Origin: Candidatus Binatia bacterium
Lineage (GTDB): Bacteria > Desulfobacterota > Binatia > Bin18
Length of the DNA stretch: 64,000 nt
Direction: 5' to 3'
NCBI GenBank assembly: GCA_963666315.2
Contig: CAXXHG010000014.1
Location: 1 to 64,000, forward strand
The notes under the pieces were generated by a model that saw only the letters and a program-made list of their open reading frames with translations, was not told the DNA's origin and made no database searches. This document shows positions 39,015-49,790 of the stretch, in pieces. Made by a program: the position numbers and the translations under genes. Each line of letters opens with the position of its first letter. Within the stretch, counting starts at the first letter, position 1.

Positions 39015-40023
39015 ATGGCAAGAGCATAAGATTTTTTCGTTAGGTGATTTTTCTCTTGAATGTGGTCTCGTACTGCGTAAAGCCCAGCTCGTTTATCAGG
39101 TGTATGGCAAGCTCAATCGCCGTAAGACCAATGCCATTATGCTGTGCTCCTGGTATTCGGGCGATCATACCGGCTATGAGTTTTTGATCAAAAAAGACCG
39201 ATGCTTTGATCCAAGCAAGCATTGTGTGATTACGGTGAATATGTTCGCCAACGGACTGTCTTCTTCTCCCAGCAACACGCCCGTTCCAATGAACGGTCCG
39301 CACTTCCCCACAACGACTATTCGTGACAACGTCCGAGCCCAGCACGAACTCGTCCAGAGTCTTGGCATTAAATCGCTTCGCATGGTCGCCGGCTATTCCA
39401 TGGGCGCCCAGCAAGCATTTCAGTGGGCCGTTAGTTATCCGGACATGGTCGAACGTATTGCCCCCTGGTGTGGGGCGGCCCATACCACCCCACATACACA
39501 TGTGTTCATCGAGGGGTTCACTGGTGCGTTGAGGGCCGATGCGGCCTGGAATGGCGGCCATTACACCGATCCGCCGTCCAAAGGGGTTCGGGCCATGGCT
39601 CGGGTATACGCGGGCTGGGGATTATCCCAGGCGTGGTACCGTGAAGAACTCTATCAACAGCTTGGCCACCCCAGCATTGAGGATTTTTTGGTCTATTTTT
39701 GGGAGAATTTTTTCCTACAGTGCGATGCCAATAATCTGCTCGCTCAAGCCAAGACATGGCAGGATCACAATGTCGGCGATACGCCGGGGTTTGATGGAGA
39801 TTGGAAGAAAGCGCTCGCCTCAGTCTCAGCACGGGTGACGCTCATGCCGTGCCAAACCGACCTGTATTTCCCACCGGAGGACAACGAAGCAGAGGTCGCC
39901 TGCCTGTCGAACGCTGTTCTTAACCCAATTCCATCAATCTGGGGTCATTTAGCTGGAATTGGCATGAACCCGGTGGACAATGATTTTCTTGATACGGCGA
40001 TCAAGGAATGTTTGGCGTCGTAG
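39015..40023 (+). CDS. MetX-like alpha/beta hydrolase (frameshift just after the ATG)
   Basis: GDFSLECG..L..A.L.Y..YG.LN, NGLSSSPSN, GYSMGAQQA, DLYFPP, WGH.AG. Confidence 0.8.
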
Positions 40024-40104
40024 GAGAGAGATTTTTTCACGCCTTTATTCGTAGGGGTGACATATGCATCGCACGGGCGAGGAAACCTCGCCCCTACTCG
40101 CACC

Positions 40105-40554
40105 TTAGACAACCACATCCGCCTTCTGGGCTAAGGAGGCATAGCTCACCCCGTCACCGTTGTTGGCATTCACCGGTAGGCCCGCCTCTTGCCAGCCTGG
40201 CACGGCTTGGCCCGTTTGGTCTTGCCCGCCGCCAAAACCACCCATCATATTTGAGACACCGCTGTATCCCGCCTGCTGCATGATTTCTGCGGCACGTTGA
40301 GATCGCCCGCCGGCTTGGCAGCCGACGACCACGGTTGCCTCTTTCGGGATAGTCGCTTCAACAACGGTCAGAAAGTTCTGATTGGGAACCGGGCGGCCAG
40401 TTGCTTGATCGAAAAACATCACTGGAATATTGATTGCCCGCTCAGGGTGTCCGGCCTGGAACTCGGCTTCGGTTCTCACATCCAGATACACCATTGCGGC
40501 ATCTTGGCTAAGCGTTTCATGTACTTCCGGTGGGGTTGTTTGTGTAATCGCCAT
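40105..40554 (-). CDS. Rhodanese-like domain protein
   Basis: LDVRT..EF..GH...AINIP, CQAGGRS, GGF. Confidence 0.9.
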   Translation of the reverse strand: MAITQTTPPEVHETLSQDAAMVYLDVRTEAEFQAGHPERAINIPVMFFDQATGRPVPNQNFLTVVEATIPKEATVVVGCQAGGRSQRAAEIMQQAGYSGVSNMMGGFGGGQDQTGQAVPGWQEAGLPVNANNGDGVSYASLAQKADVVV

Positions 40555-40697
40555 GACGTCGGCCTCCCTTTCGTTCTCGCTGCTGGGTCTGATATGGAAA
40601 CAGTCCACAGAACACCCAACATATTCTTGTATCCTGAGAAACCAGTCAAGACAGGCGAGACAGGCGAGTCACGGGTCAGGCAAACCAGGAGGAACAC

Positions 40698-41489
40698 ATG
40701 GAAGAAGCAGTCTATTGGAGTCGTGAAGGCAGCGTAGCCACAATTACACTGAATCGCCCGGCGCAGTTCAACGTTATGAACACCGAACTCTCAGCAGGCT
40801 TACGCAAGGCGCTGATGGAATGCTGGGACGATGATGAGGTCCGGGCGATTATTCTAACCGGCAACGGCAAGGCTTTTAGTGGCGGTGGTGATATTAAATT
40901 CTTTATTGAGGAGCTGGGGCAGCAGCGCATCATACCCAGCCTTGAGAAAATGATGCCGATCCTGCACGCCGCGATTGCCATGGTCCGGGAGATTCCTAAA
41001 CCGGTCATTGCCGCGCTGAACGGAGTTGCCGCCGGTGGAGGATTTGGTTTGGCTCTGGCGTGTGACTTCCGGATTGCTTCACCTCAGGTCAATTTGCTGA
41101 CCGCCTTTCTGGGCATTGGCGCAAGCCCGGACTCCAGTTCGACCTTTTTCTTACCGCGTCACGTGGGCTTGGCAAAAGCAACAGAGATGTTTCTACGAAA
41201 CAAACCCGTGTCAGCAGAAGAGGCATTAAACCTCGGCCTTGTGACCGCAGTGGTCGAGCCAGATAACGTCATGGACGAAGCCAAGAAGCTGGCTGAGGAG
41301 TTGGCCCAGGGCCCGACCGCCGCCTTTGGCCGTACCAAGTTGCTGCTCAATCAAAGTCTAGGTAGCTCCCTGCACGAACAGCTCCAGAGCGAAGCGCGCT
41401 CTATCACACTGTCGATGGGCACGCCTGATTTCGCAGAAGGCATCACGGCATTTACGGAGAAACGCAAGGCCAACTTTAAAGGTAAATAG
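40698..41489 (+). CDS. Enoyl-CoA hydratase/isomerase (PaaG-like)
   Basis: TITLNRP, AFSGGGD, PKPVIAALNG.AAGGG..LALACD, EGI.AF.EKR. Confidence 0.93.
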   Translation: MEEAVYWSREGSVATITLNRPAQFNVMNTELSAGLRKALMECWDDDEVRAIILTGNGKAFSGGGDIKFFIEELGQQRIIPSLEKMMPILHAAIAMVREIPKPVIAALNGVAAGGGFGLALACDFRIASPQVNLLTAFLGIGASPDSSSTFFLPRHVGLAKATEMFLRNKPVSAEEALNLGLVTAVVEPDNVMDEAKKLAEELAQGPTAAFGRTKLLLNQSLGSSLHEQLQSEARSITLSMGTPDFAEGITAFTEKRKANFKGK

Positions 41490-41532
41490 CTGAGTATTCA
41501 AAAATAAGAAGAGTCTCACCGCCAATGAACAT

Positions 41533-41643
41533 ATCCCCTCTTGAGAGGGGTGCCGCGTAGCGGCGGGGTGTGTTTTTCTCGACCAGGGAACCCACCCCGG
41601 CCGCCGACCTTTGGTCGGACGGTCACCCCTCCGAGGAGGGGAT
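41533..41643. repeat. MITE/REP-like element, family A complete copy
   Basis: Imperfect 20-bp terminal inverted repeats atcccctcttgagaggggtg / cacccctccgaggaggggat, with internal hairpins. Confidence 0.8.
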
Positions 41644-41662
41644 CAGATAAGGAATCTAATCT

Positions 41663-42643
41663 ATGCAAGCTATCACCTTTGAGACCCCAGGCGGACCGGA
41701 AGTCCTCAAACTCGCCCAAGCTCCCGACCCCACGCCAACCCCGGAACAGGTCCTAGTCCGAGTACACGCTAGCGCGTTGAACCGAGCTGATACGCTCCAG
41801 CGCCAAGGCCTGTACCCTCCACCGCCGGGCGAGTCTGCAATTCTGGGACTTGAACTCGCCGGAGAGGTGGAAGCGCTAGGCTCAGCAGTGACCAATATTG
41901 CGATAGGTGCCCGAGTCTTTGGGCTAGTCGGTAGTGGCGGTTATGCGGAAAAAGCTGTTATTGACGCGCGCATGGCCATGCCGATTCCCGATGGCTGGAG
42001 TTTTACCGAGGCAGCCGCGGTGCCGGAAGTGTACTTCACAGCGCAAGAAACCATTTTTACTCTCGGTAGTTTAAAGCACGCTGAAACAATTTTGATCCAC
42101 GCTGGCGCGAGTGGAGTCGGCACGGCGGGTATTCAGATGGCTCGCGAAACAGGCGCACGCATATTCGTCACAGCCGGCTCAGCAGACAAGATACAGCGCT
42201 GTGTCGAGTTGGGCGCGACTGCGGGCTGCAATTACAAAGAGCAGGACTTCGCCGAGTGGGTCAAAGACGTGACAGACGGAAAAGGCGTAGACGTTATCGA
42301 AGACTTTATTGGTGCGGCGTATTGGGACAAGAATCTCCAAAGCCTCAAAATCGGCGGACGGCTTGTTCTTGTCGGCCTCATGGGTGGGGTCAAGGCCGAG
42401 ACCAACCTGGGATTGATTTTGACCAAGCGGCTCCAGGTTTTTGGCTCAGTCCTACGCAGCCGACCGCTTGCTGAGAAAATCGACATCACCCGACGCTTTC
42501 AAAAAAACTGGCTGCCGCTCTTAACCGCGGGCACGATCAAGCCCATCATCGATCGGTCTTTTCCGTTAGCACAGGCGGGCGATGCGCATCAGTATATGGA
42601 GGACAATAAAAATTTCGGCAAGATTATTCTCGAAGTCGCCTAG
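41663..42643 (+). CDS. NAD(P)H-quinone oxidoreductase, PIG3 family
   Basis: GGPEVL, LNRAD..QR.G.YPPPPG, LGLE.AG, HAGASGVG.A.IQ, GKIIL. Confidence 0.92.
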   Translation: MQAITFETPGGPEVLKLAQAPDPTPTPEQVLVRVHASALNRADTLQRQGLYPPPPGESAILGLELAGEVEALGSAVTNIAIGARVFGLVGSGGYAEKAVIDARMAMPIPDGWSFTEAAAVPEVYFTAQETIFTLGSLKHAETILIHAGASGVGTAGIQMARETGARIFVTAGSADKIQRCVELGATAGCNYKEQDFAEWVKDVTDGKGVDVIEDFIGAAYWDKNLQSLKIGGRLVLVGLMGGVKAETNLGLILTKRLQVFGSVLRSRPLAEKIDITRRFQKNWLPLLTAGTIKPIIDRSFPLAQAGDAHQYMEDNKNFGKIILEVA

Positions 42644-43045
42644 TCTCTCAGACTGTACTGTTTCCCAAGCCGTTTGGAATTTCCAGGCGGCTTTTTTTCG
42701 TTCCAGCCGGATTCAGTAGGGAAAATTTTTCCCCCGATTGGATTATATTTCCCCTATTTTCGTCCGATGACAATAACAGTGGTCGGGTAGTGTCACAGGA
42801 GGCAAAAAAGATGGGGGTGGACAACGTGGAAGGACGGAAAGCTTATCGTGAATCTCAGTGGCAATGTTCATCCGGCCCTCGTCACCCAAGCCATGCTCCT
42901 CGCTCTGATTGCACTGGATTTTGGCGAACGTAATCCCCTCCCCATCTCAGACCCGGAGAAATGGGAACCCCTCACTGCTGCCACCTTGTGGGAAAAGCAG
43001 TGGTGCGTGTCGGGGAATTGAAGACTCTTAGCCCTCAGCCCTGTA

Positions 43046-43074
43046 GTGTCGGGTTACGCTACGCTGACCCGCCC
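43046..43074. repeat. Degenerate family B REP
   Basis: gtgtcgggttacgctacgctgacccgccct. Confidence 0.55.
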
Positions 43075-43168
43075 TTTGTCAGCGGGTCACGACCCGCTGA
43101 CAAAGGGGTGGACCTTTGGTCCACCCCGCCAATGCTGGCGACTCGAAGAAAGCCAAGCCTGCACCCCA

Positions 43169-44766
43169 TCAGGTCCGTTTCAGCGTCAACACACTGCCCT
43201 CACCATCGGCAGTAATATAGACGGTTCCATCACTGCCAACGGCAAGACCGGAAAATGACGTAAGCGGACCTTGGATCAGGCCAGCAATGCCCATCAGCGG
43301 CTGCGGCGTAACGCCGGGTTGAGGCACCGACCGGCAAGTTCGACGACTAGCGTTTGACGTTGTTTTGTTCCAAGCGAAACAGCTATGAGCTCTTTGCTGC
43401 CTGAGTCCACAATCAGCAGTTGATCGCCGAGCAAGGCCAGCCCTTGCGGCGACGATAATCCTTCAATCAAAGTTGAGGTTCCACGCATCCACATGTGAGA
43501 CTCGGCCTTTGTCCGGTTCGCTGACATAATACGATCCGTCGCCAGCCACGACAACGCCATTCGGTCGACCAAGACCGCGAGCTAAGACCGTCACATCGCC
43601 ATTTCCTGAGATCTTGAGGAGCCGCCCTTCTCCGCCCTCGGCCACAACAACGGCGCCATCTGACGTTTGCGCAAGACCGTACAGTTCGTTGAGTTCGTTT
43701 ACCAAAATCTGCGGTTCACGTGTGTTGAAGTTATACAACACAACCTCGCCGGCCGAGGTGGTCACGTATACACTAGCCGCCGGACCAGAGGCGATACCGC
43801 GTATGAATCCAGGGTAGCCTTCCTGAGTGAACATCGTCGGTCGACTCACCTGACCGTCCGGACTGACAGCCACCAGGCTCATACCATCAGCAGCGTACAC
43901 CGTTCCGTCACTCGTAACAGTGATTCCAAATGGTCCCAAAAGACCAGCCGGCACGAGGACTCGCTCCTGCCCATTCGCCAATATTTCAGCCACGCCACCG
44001 TCTACAAAATGAGAAATAAACAGCCGATTGTCATCCGCTATGGCCAGATTATCGATGCCCGGTCGCACGTTTGCGATAATCGTCTTTTCACCGCTCTGGA
44101 TATCGATCTTGGTCACTTCGCCACTTGCGGCTTGGGTCGTAGTGAGGAGTCCATTTTGATCGAACTTGACCGCAGTCGGCACCGCCAGCCCGTCCATAAA
44201 ACGCTCGGGTGCCCCGCCTTCGAGCGGACAACGCCAAATCTCACCCGCTCCTATCTGAGGAAAGTAGAGATTTCCGTCAGGACCAACGGATAGCGCGTTG
44301 GGCAGCGGCAGGTTCTCGGCTATAACACGCGGCTCTCGACCGTCTGGATACAACTCAAACAGCCGTCCACTCAGGACGACATTCGTCCATAAACAGCCGG
44401 TCCTGGTAGGCGGTAATGCCGTTGGCAGCGGGAACATTGTCTGCGATTACCCGTACTTCGCCCTTCGGCGTGCGCGCGCTAACCCGAGCACTCATCACCT
44501 CAGTGACATACATGACGTCGTGTGAATCAAAGGCGATGTCATCCGGTGCGACAATGGGACCACCAACCGGCGAGACCGTTTGACATGCACCACTCCCGAT
44601 ATCAACCGCACTCACCTGACTGCCAAAGGCTTGGACGACATACAATTTTCCATCCGATCCCATGCGCATGCCGTTCGCCCCAAATAGGCCAGCTCGGCGA
44701 AGACAAGTGAGCAAGCTGCCACCCCGCCGCCGCTTGTGGTTGCGTATTTTCTGCGTACCGATTCAT
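43169..44766 (-). CDS. SMP-30/gluconolactonase-like double beta-propeller protein (several frameshifts)
   Basis: GANGMR.G.DG.LYV, PDDIAFD, PNAL..GPDG.LY repeats across ORFs 44355-44714, 43463-44437 and 43294-43572. Confidence 0.72.
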
Positions 44767-44802
44767 ATGCTCTCTCCTTTAGTCGTGTTCGCTCGATATC
44801 TC

Positions 44803-45010
44803 CTACCCTTTTGAATACGGGTTTTTACCTCTCCCGCCAAGCCTGAGGGGCTTCATGGCTATCTTCTGTCTGGCCAACTCACATGAATCGATATGTATCT
44901 GTCTGAACAGCTTCTTTAAGCGAAGCGATATCGAGCCCTTTATTAAGCGACTCTTTCGCCATGCGCACGGCAAATCTGAAAGTGAAAGGCGAGAGCTATT
45001 CTCTCGCCTT
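44803..45010 (-). pseudogene. Enoyl-CoA hydratase C-terminal remnant
   Basis: Hand translation AVRMAKESLNKGLD..LKEA..D..RF..QTEDSHEA..AW....KPVFK with in-frame stops. Confidence 0.55.
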
Positions 45011-45281
45011 TTTTTCACGCTTCAAGTGCGGGAGTGAAGATTGGAGGAATTTTTCTGGATGACAGACTGGAATACTTAGGTACCTTCAAGTCGCTTCAAC
45101 TCGTCGGCAACAGTCTCGCGAAGCGGTTCCAATTCATGCTGACTCGTAGACCACACGAGTGCATCATCACCCTGTCCGCCCGCAGAAAGACGGGCGCAGC
45201 ATGTAGCACCCTTATGCAAGTGTCGTGTCCAGAGACCCGAGAGAGAAACGAGAAGTACTACTCTTCTCTCTGAGTTTCAGA

Positions 45282-46342
45282 TCAGGCGTAATGGCTGCGC
45301 CGCTTGACGGCCATCTCACGCTCTAAGTAGAAGATCTCCATCTTGTCCCAATCGTAACATCTTTGGGGATGAATTTGTGGCCACGCAGGATGGTCTCGAC
45401 AATGCCCAGATCGGGCCGATTGGGATAGTCGCGCTTGCCCGTTATTTCAGTCGCCGCAAAAACCGTATCTCCCACAAAAACAGGACCGGTGTGGCGACCG
45501 ATTAGGTAGCACACATCGCCGACCGCATTATCTCCTACATCCGGACACGACAAGCCCAGGCACAGGTTCAACGGGATGCCGCCGTAGACAATGAGTTGAC
45601 CGCCGATATAGCGCGTGGGGTTCCGGTCTATCATGTATTGGTTGGAATGGACTTGGGAGGTGTTGTCCAGCATGGCGGTCCATTCCATATGCGCAGTCGT
45701 GACTGTTCGTCCGCGTGAATGTTCAATCGTCTCCCCAACGTTGAAGTCTTCAAAATAGGTGTCGTCATTTGCCAGATGGGCAAGTTCTTTGTAGTGTCGG
45801 CTCTCGTCATACGCCGGTAGAGCTAATGCGCACGGAATGGTCTGGACATCCGAGAGCGCCACTTCTTCGACCTGGGCTGCATTATTACCCTTCCAGATTT
45901 GTACTTTCCTTTGCAATGTCAGGACGATTTCACCATTCTGGTTGCGTCCTGTGGTCTGGACATGGACTACGCCCCGATCCTGGTCTCGTGAGGAAGGCTT
46001 AACGCCGAGGATCGTTGTTTCAACCTCAATCGTATCGCCTATATAAACAGGAGCGCCAAAACGCATATCGCGGTATTCGAGATTCGCCCGCGCATTTTCT
46101 GAAATGTCCTCAACACTCTGGCTGAAGACGATATTCATAACTAAGCCTGGAGGGGCGACAAGACCACGGAAGCCATAGCGTTCGGCGTAGCGCAGGTTTT
46201 TCGACAACGGGTTGGTCGTCATGCCGAACTCGGTAAAGGCGTTGAACAACCCTTCGGTGACGGTCTTGCCGACCTTATGCCGGAAGAGCTGGCCGAGAGT
46301 AAAGTCTTCGAGAAAATTGCCGCGTTTTTTCCGGATGCGCAC
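45282..46342 (-). CDS. Double hot-dog MaoC dehydratase (mesaconyl-CoA hydratase-like; frameshift near the C-terminus)
   Basis: GNFLEDF.LGQ..H and YFEDFNVGETIEH repeats; FGAPVYIGDT; H.GPVFVGDT. Confidence 0.8.
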
Positions 46343-46380
46343 TGGAATTCCTTCTCCCCCGCCCGCCTCGACTATTCCCG

Positions 46381-47064
46381 CTATCCCATAGCGGCTAAGA
46401 ATTCTTGCCGACTCTTCGTACTGAGATGGAGATACATATTGTGCTGTTTCTGTTCGCCGAGTGTGTCAAAAGGCTGAGATGCATAGTTATGGCCAGGGTA
46501 TAAAACCGTTTCGTCAGCCAGTTTGGATAAGGTCCGCAAGCTGGAGTACAGGTCTTCCGGGCTGCTGCCAGGCAGATCCACTCGTCCACACGAGTTGATA
46601 AACAGCGTATCGCCGGCCACTAGACGGTTTTCTATTAAAAAGCATTGCGAGCCTGGTGTATGTCCTGGAGTGTGAATGAACTTGACGTTGATATCACCCA
46701 CAGCTGTCGTGTCACCGCCCTCGACCTTGACCACATCCGAAACAGATAGGCCAACTAAACGGGTCAGAAACTCAGACTCTGCCTTGTGGATGTATACCTT
46801 GGCCTTCACCTGCTCTAGCAGTTCAACAACGCCTTGGATGTGGGTACCAAACAAGTCCCCGCCAAGATGATCCTGATGGTAGTGGGTCACCAGAGCCTGC
46901 GTAATAGTGTATCCGTCTTGTTCAGCGGTTAGGAGAATCTTGGGGATATCCCAGGCAGCATCAATCACGATGGCCTCGTGGGTGGCAGTATCCCCAATCA
47001 GATAAGCGAAGTTCTGCATGGGCCCAATTTCAATCTGCTTGAAATACAACGAGGACTCTGCCAT
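46381..47064 (-). CDS. Metallo-beta-lactamase fold hydrolase (glyoxalase II-like)
   Basis: THYHQDHLGG, HTPGHTPGS, GDTLF..SCGR.D, YPGH. Confidence 0.92.
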   Translation of the reverse strand: MAESSLYFKQIEIGPMQNFAYLIGDTATHEAIVIDAAWDIPKILLTAEQDGYTITQALVTHYHQDHLGGDLFGTHIQGVVELLEQVKAKVYIHKAESEFLTRLVGLSVSDVVKVEGGDTTAVGDINVKFIHTPGHTPGSQCFLIENRLVAGDTLFINSCGRVDLPGSSPEDLYSSLRTLSKLADETVLYPGHNYASQPFDTLGEQKQHNMYLHLSTKSRQEFLAAMG

Positions 47065-47732
47065 CACGCACCTTTCTTTCGTACTGAGCGTTTTTTTGCA
47101 GCCTCTTTTCCCTTACTCGGCTTGCTGGCCTTTTTCCTACTTCCTCGTAGTCCACGCTCCCAGAGATATTCAGGCTCGCCCAGTTTTTTGCTTACCCAAC
47201 GCGACAACACAAACAGCAAGTCGCTTAGCCGGTTAACATATTTGAGTGGCCAGGGACCCACCTCTTCTTCACGCGAGAGGCGTAGAATATCTCGCTCTAC
47301 CCGGCGACAGACCGTTCGCGCTTGGTGCAGAAACCCGCCAACTTTTCCGCCACCGGGCAGGATAAAAGAGTTCAGTGGCTCAAGGTCTTCCTGGCAGGTA
47401 TCAATGATCCGTTCGAGAGCCTTCACCTCAGGATCGCCAATCCGAAACATGCCTTCGTATGAGAAGTCCGGTGGGGTGGCGAGCTCACTGCCGAGATCGA
47501 ACAGTTCATTCTGAAGACGGCGGAAAATATCGTCGAGCTGCTTCGAGGCTGGCAGCTTGCCTTTCAGATCGTCATTAAAGACGCGGGCCAGACCCAGGAC
47601 GGAATTCAGCTCGTCTATGGTCCCGTAGGCCTCAATACGGGCCGCGTCCTTGGCGACTTTCTTACCACCGACAAGCCTGGTCGAGCCTGTGTCGCCCGTA
47701 CGGGTATAGACTTTTGTAATGCGGATGGCCAT
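47064..47732 (-). CDS. pduO: ATP:cob(I)alamin adenosyltransferase, PduO type
   Basis: KVYTRTGD.G.T, EAYGTIDELNS, FILPGG, RTVCRR.ER, YVNRLSDLLF. Confidence 0.92.
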   Translation of the reverse strand: MAIRITKVYTRTGDTGSTRLVGGKKVAKDAARIEAYGTIDELNSVLGLARVFNDDLKGKLPASKQLDDIFRRLQNELFDLGSELATPPDFSYEGMFRIGDPEVKALERIIDTCQEDLEPLNSFILPGGGKVGGFLHQARTVCRRVERDILRLSREEEVGPWPLKYVNRLSDLLFVLSRWVSKKLGEPEYLWERGLRGSRKKASKPSKGKEAAKKRSVRKKGA

Positions 47733-47809
47733 GGCAACTTAGGATCTGGGGATTAGGGGTTAGAGAAAAATATTCTGCGACACCCCAACCCCCATCACCG
47801 AGTCCCTTT

Positions 47810-49555
47810 TTAGGCTTTCAATCGTTTATCCAGGGCCGCGTTTTCTTGCCACAGTTCTTGTGGCAGTCGGTCCCCAAACTGCTCGAAGAACTCCCGCTGG
47901 CCGGCCGCCGCCTTGAGCCAGCCCTCGCGATCTACGCTGAGGAGTTCATGCATCACCGCAGGCGACACATCGATGCCGGTGGTATCAATATCTTTCGGAT
48001 ACGGCAGATAGCCGATTTCCGATTCCCGGGCGTCAGTCTCGCCATGGACCCGAGAAATCACCCAGCGCAATGCGCGCAGGTTTTCCCCAAAGCCGGGCCA
48101 GAGGTATTTACCGTCGGCATTCAGGCGGAACCAATTGACACGAAAGATTTTCGGTGGGTTCGCGATATTTTTGCCCATATTGAGCCAATGGCCAAAATAG
48201 TCGCCCATGTTGTAGCCACAGAACGGCAACATGGCCATAGGGTCGCGACGGACAATGCCGACTTGCCCAGTCGCTGCAGCCGTCGTTTCAGACGCCATAG
48301 TCGTACCAAGCGAGACGCCGTGCTGCCAGTTGAAAGACTGGTACACGAGGGGAATCAAACCAGCACGGCGTCCACCAAAGAGCATGGCCGAAATCGGCAC
48401 GCCTTGGGGGGAGTCCCATTCCGGCGACATGGCCGGACACTGCCGGGCCGGCGTGGTAAAACGCGAGTTGGGATGAGCCGCTTTCCCTTCGGACTGTGGC
48501 GTCCAAGGCTTGCCCTGCCAGTCTATGGCCTCAGCCGGAGGGTCGCCGTCCATGCCTTCCCAATACGGTATCCCCTCTGGAGTCAGGGCCACATTCGTAA
48601 AAATTGAATTCTTCGAGATAGTCGACATGACATTCGGGTTAGTATGGGAGTTGGTCCCTGGAGCGACCCCAAAAAAGCCCGCTTCCGGATTGATTGCCCA
48701 GAGCCGTCCGTCCGGACCGGGGTGCATCCAAGCAATATCATCTCCCACTGTCCAGACTTTATAGCCCTTTTGACTCTCCGGCGGGATCAGCATGGCCAGG
48801 TTCGTTTTACCACAGGCGCTAGGAAATGCCGCGGCAATATAGGTCGTGCGGCCGCTGGGCTCTTCGACTCCGATGATGAGCATGTGCTCGGCCAACCAGC
48901 CTTCCTCACGGGCCATATAGCTGCCAATCCGCAGGGCAAAACATTTTTTCCCGAGCAGGGCATTGCCACCGTAACCGGAGCCAATAGACCAGATCGCGCG
49001 CTCTTCAGGATAATGCATGATAAAGCGGCGGTCCGGACTGAGATCTCCGAGCGAATGAAGACCCTTTACATACTTGTCAGACGAACCAAGTCGATCGAGC
49101 GCGGCCTGGCCCATGCGGGTCATGATCCGCATGCTGGCCGCCACATACGCACTATCCGTAATTTCCACCCCGACCTGGCTATACGGGGAAGTCTCCGGTC
49201 CCATGATATAGGGCACCACATACAAGGTGCGGTCCTGCATTGAGCCTTTGAAGAGCCCGCCGACTTTTTCCTTGGCCCCGGCCGGGAGCATCCAATTATT
49301 ATTCGGGCCGGCATCATCTTTTTCCTTGGTGCACACGAAGGTGAGGTGCTCTGTGCGAGCGACGTCTTTCGGATCGCTTCGGTGCAGATAACAATTCGGG
49401 TATTTCTCCTGATTCAGGGCCAGCAGCGTCCCGTCGTCGAGCATGCCTTCTATCAGGCCTTGATTCTCGGATTCCGATCCGTCACACCAATGAATATCCT
49501 TCGGCTTCGTCAGTCGGGCGGTTTCTTCTACCCATTGTTCGAGTGGGGTGGGCAT
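47810..49555 (-). CDS. pckG: Phosphoenolpyruvate carboxykinase (GTP)
   Basis: GYGGNALLGKKCFALR, AFPSACGKTNLAM, VGDDIAWM, AHPNSRF, RDPMAMLPFCGY. Confidence 0.97.
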   Translation of the reverse strand: MPTPLEQWVEETARLTKPKDIHWCDGSESENQGLIEGMLDDGTLLALNQEKYPNCYLHRSDPKDVARTEHLTFVCTKEKDDAGPNNNWMLPAGAKEKVGGLFKGSMQDRTLYVVPYIMGPETSPYSQVGVEITDSAYVAASMRIMTRMGQAALDRLGSSDKYVKGLHSLGDLSPDRRFIMHYPEERAIWSIGSGYGGNALLGKKCFALRIGSYMAREEGWLAEHMLIIGVEEPSGRTTYIAAAFPSACGKTNLAMLIPPESQKGYKVWTVGDDIAWMHPGPDGRLWAINPEAGFFGVAPGTNSHTNPNVMSTISKNSIFTNVALTPEGIPYWEGMDGDPPAEAIDWQGKPWTPQSEGKAAHPNSRFTTPARQCPAMSPEWDSPQGVPISAMLFGGRRAGLIPLVYQSFNWQHGVSLGTTMASETTAAATGQVGIVRRDPMAMLPFCGYNMGDYFGHWLNMGKNIANPPKIFRVNWFRLNADGKYLWPGFGENLRALRWVISRVHGETDARESEIGYLPYPKDIDTTGIDVSPAVMHELLSVDREGWLKAAAGQREFFEQFGDRLPQELWQENAALDKRLKA

Positions 49556-49790
49556 AGAAATAATGATCTCCTTCGAATAGCAGTGGGCTTTAATACTGAG
49601 GACAGCATATGATTAGCTTTCTTCATACCTTGCGTCTGGTTGAACGTCAAGAATGTTTTCCGTTTATAAGACATAGGGGCTATGGGGAAGGGTCAGGAAG
49701 TAGCCTTTGGAGCACAGTCGGGTCTGGAGAGATGCCACACAGCTTTATCGTAGACACCCGCAGTCTGACTTTCTCACTTGCGCGCAGTCC

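Noticed and set aside
35828-40023. Programmed ribosomal frameshifting in the argE-like, yqjG and MetX-like genes
   Set aside because: No slippery heptamer with a downstream structure was seen at the shift points; sequencing indels are the simpler explanation.
42650-43030. Possible gene or IS remnant after the quinone oxidoreductase
   Set aside because: Only short unassignable frames; no supportable call.
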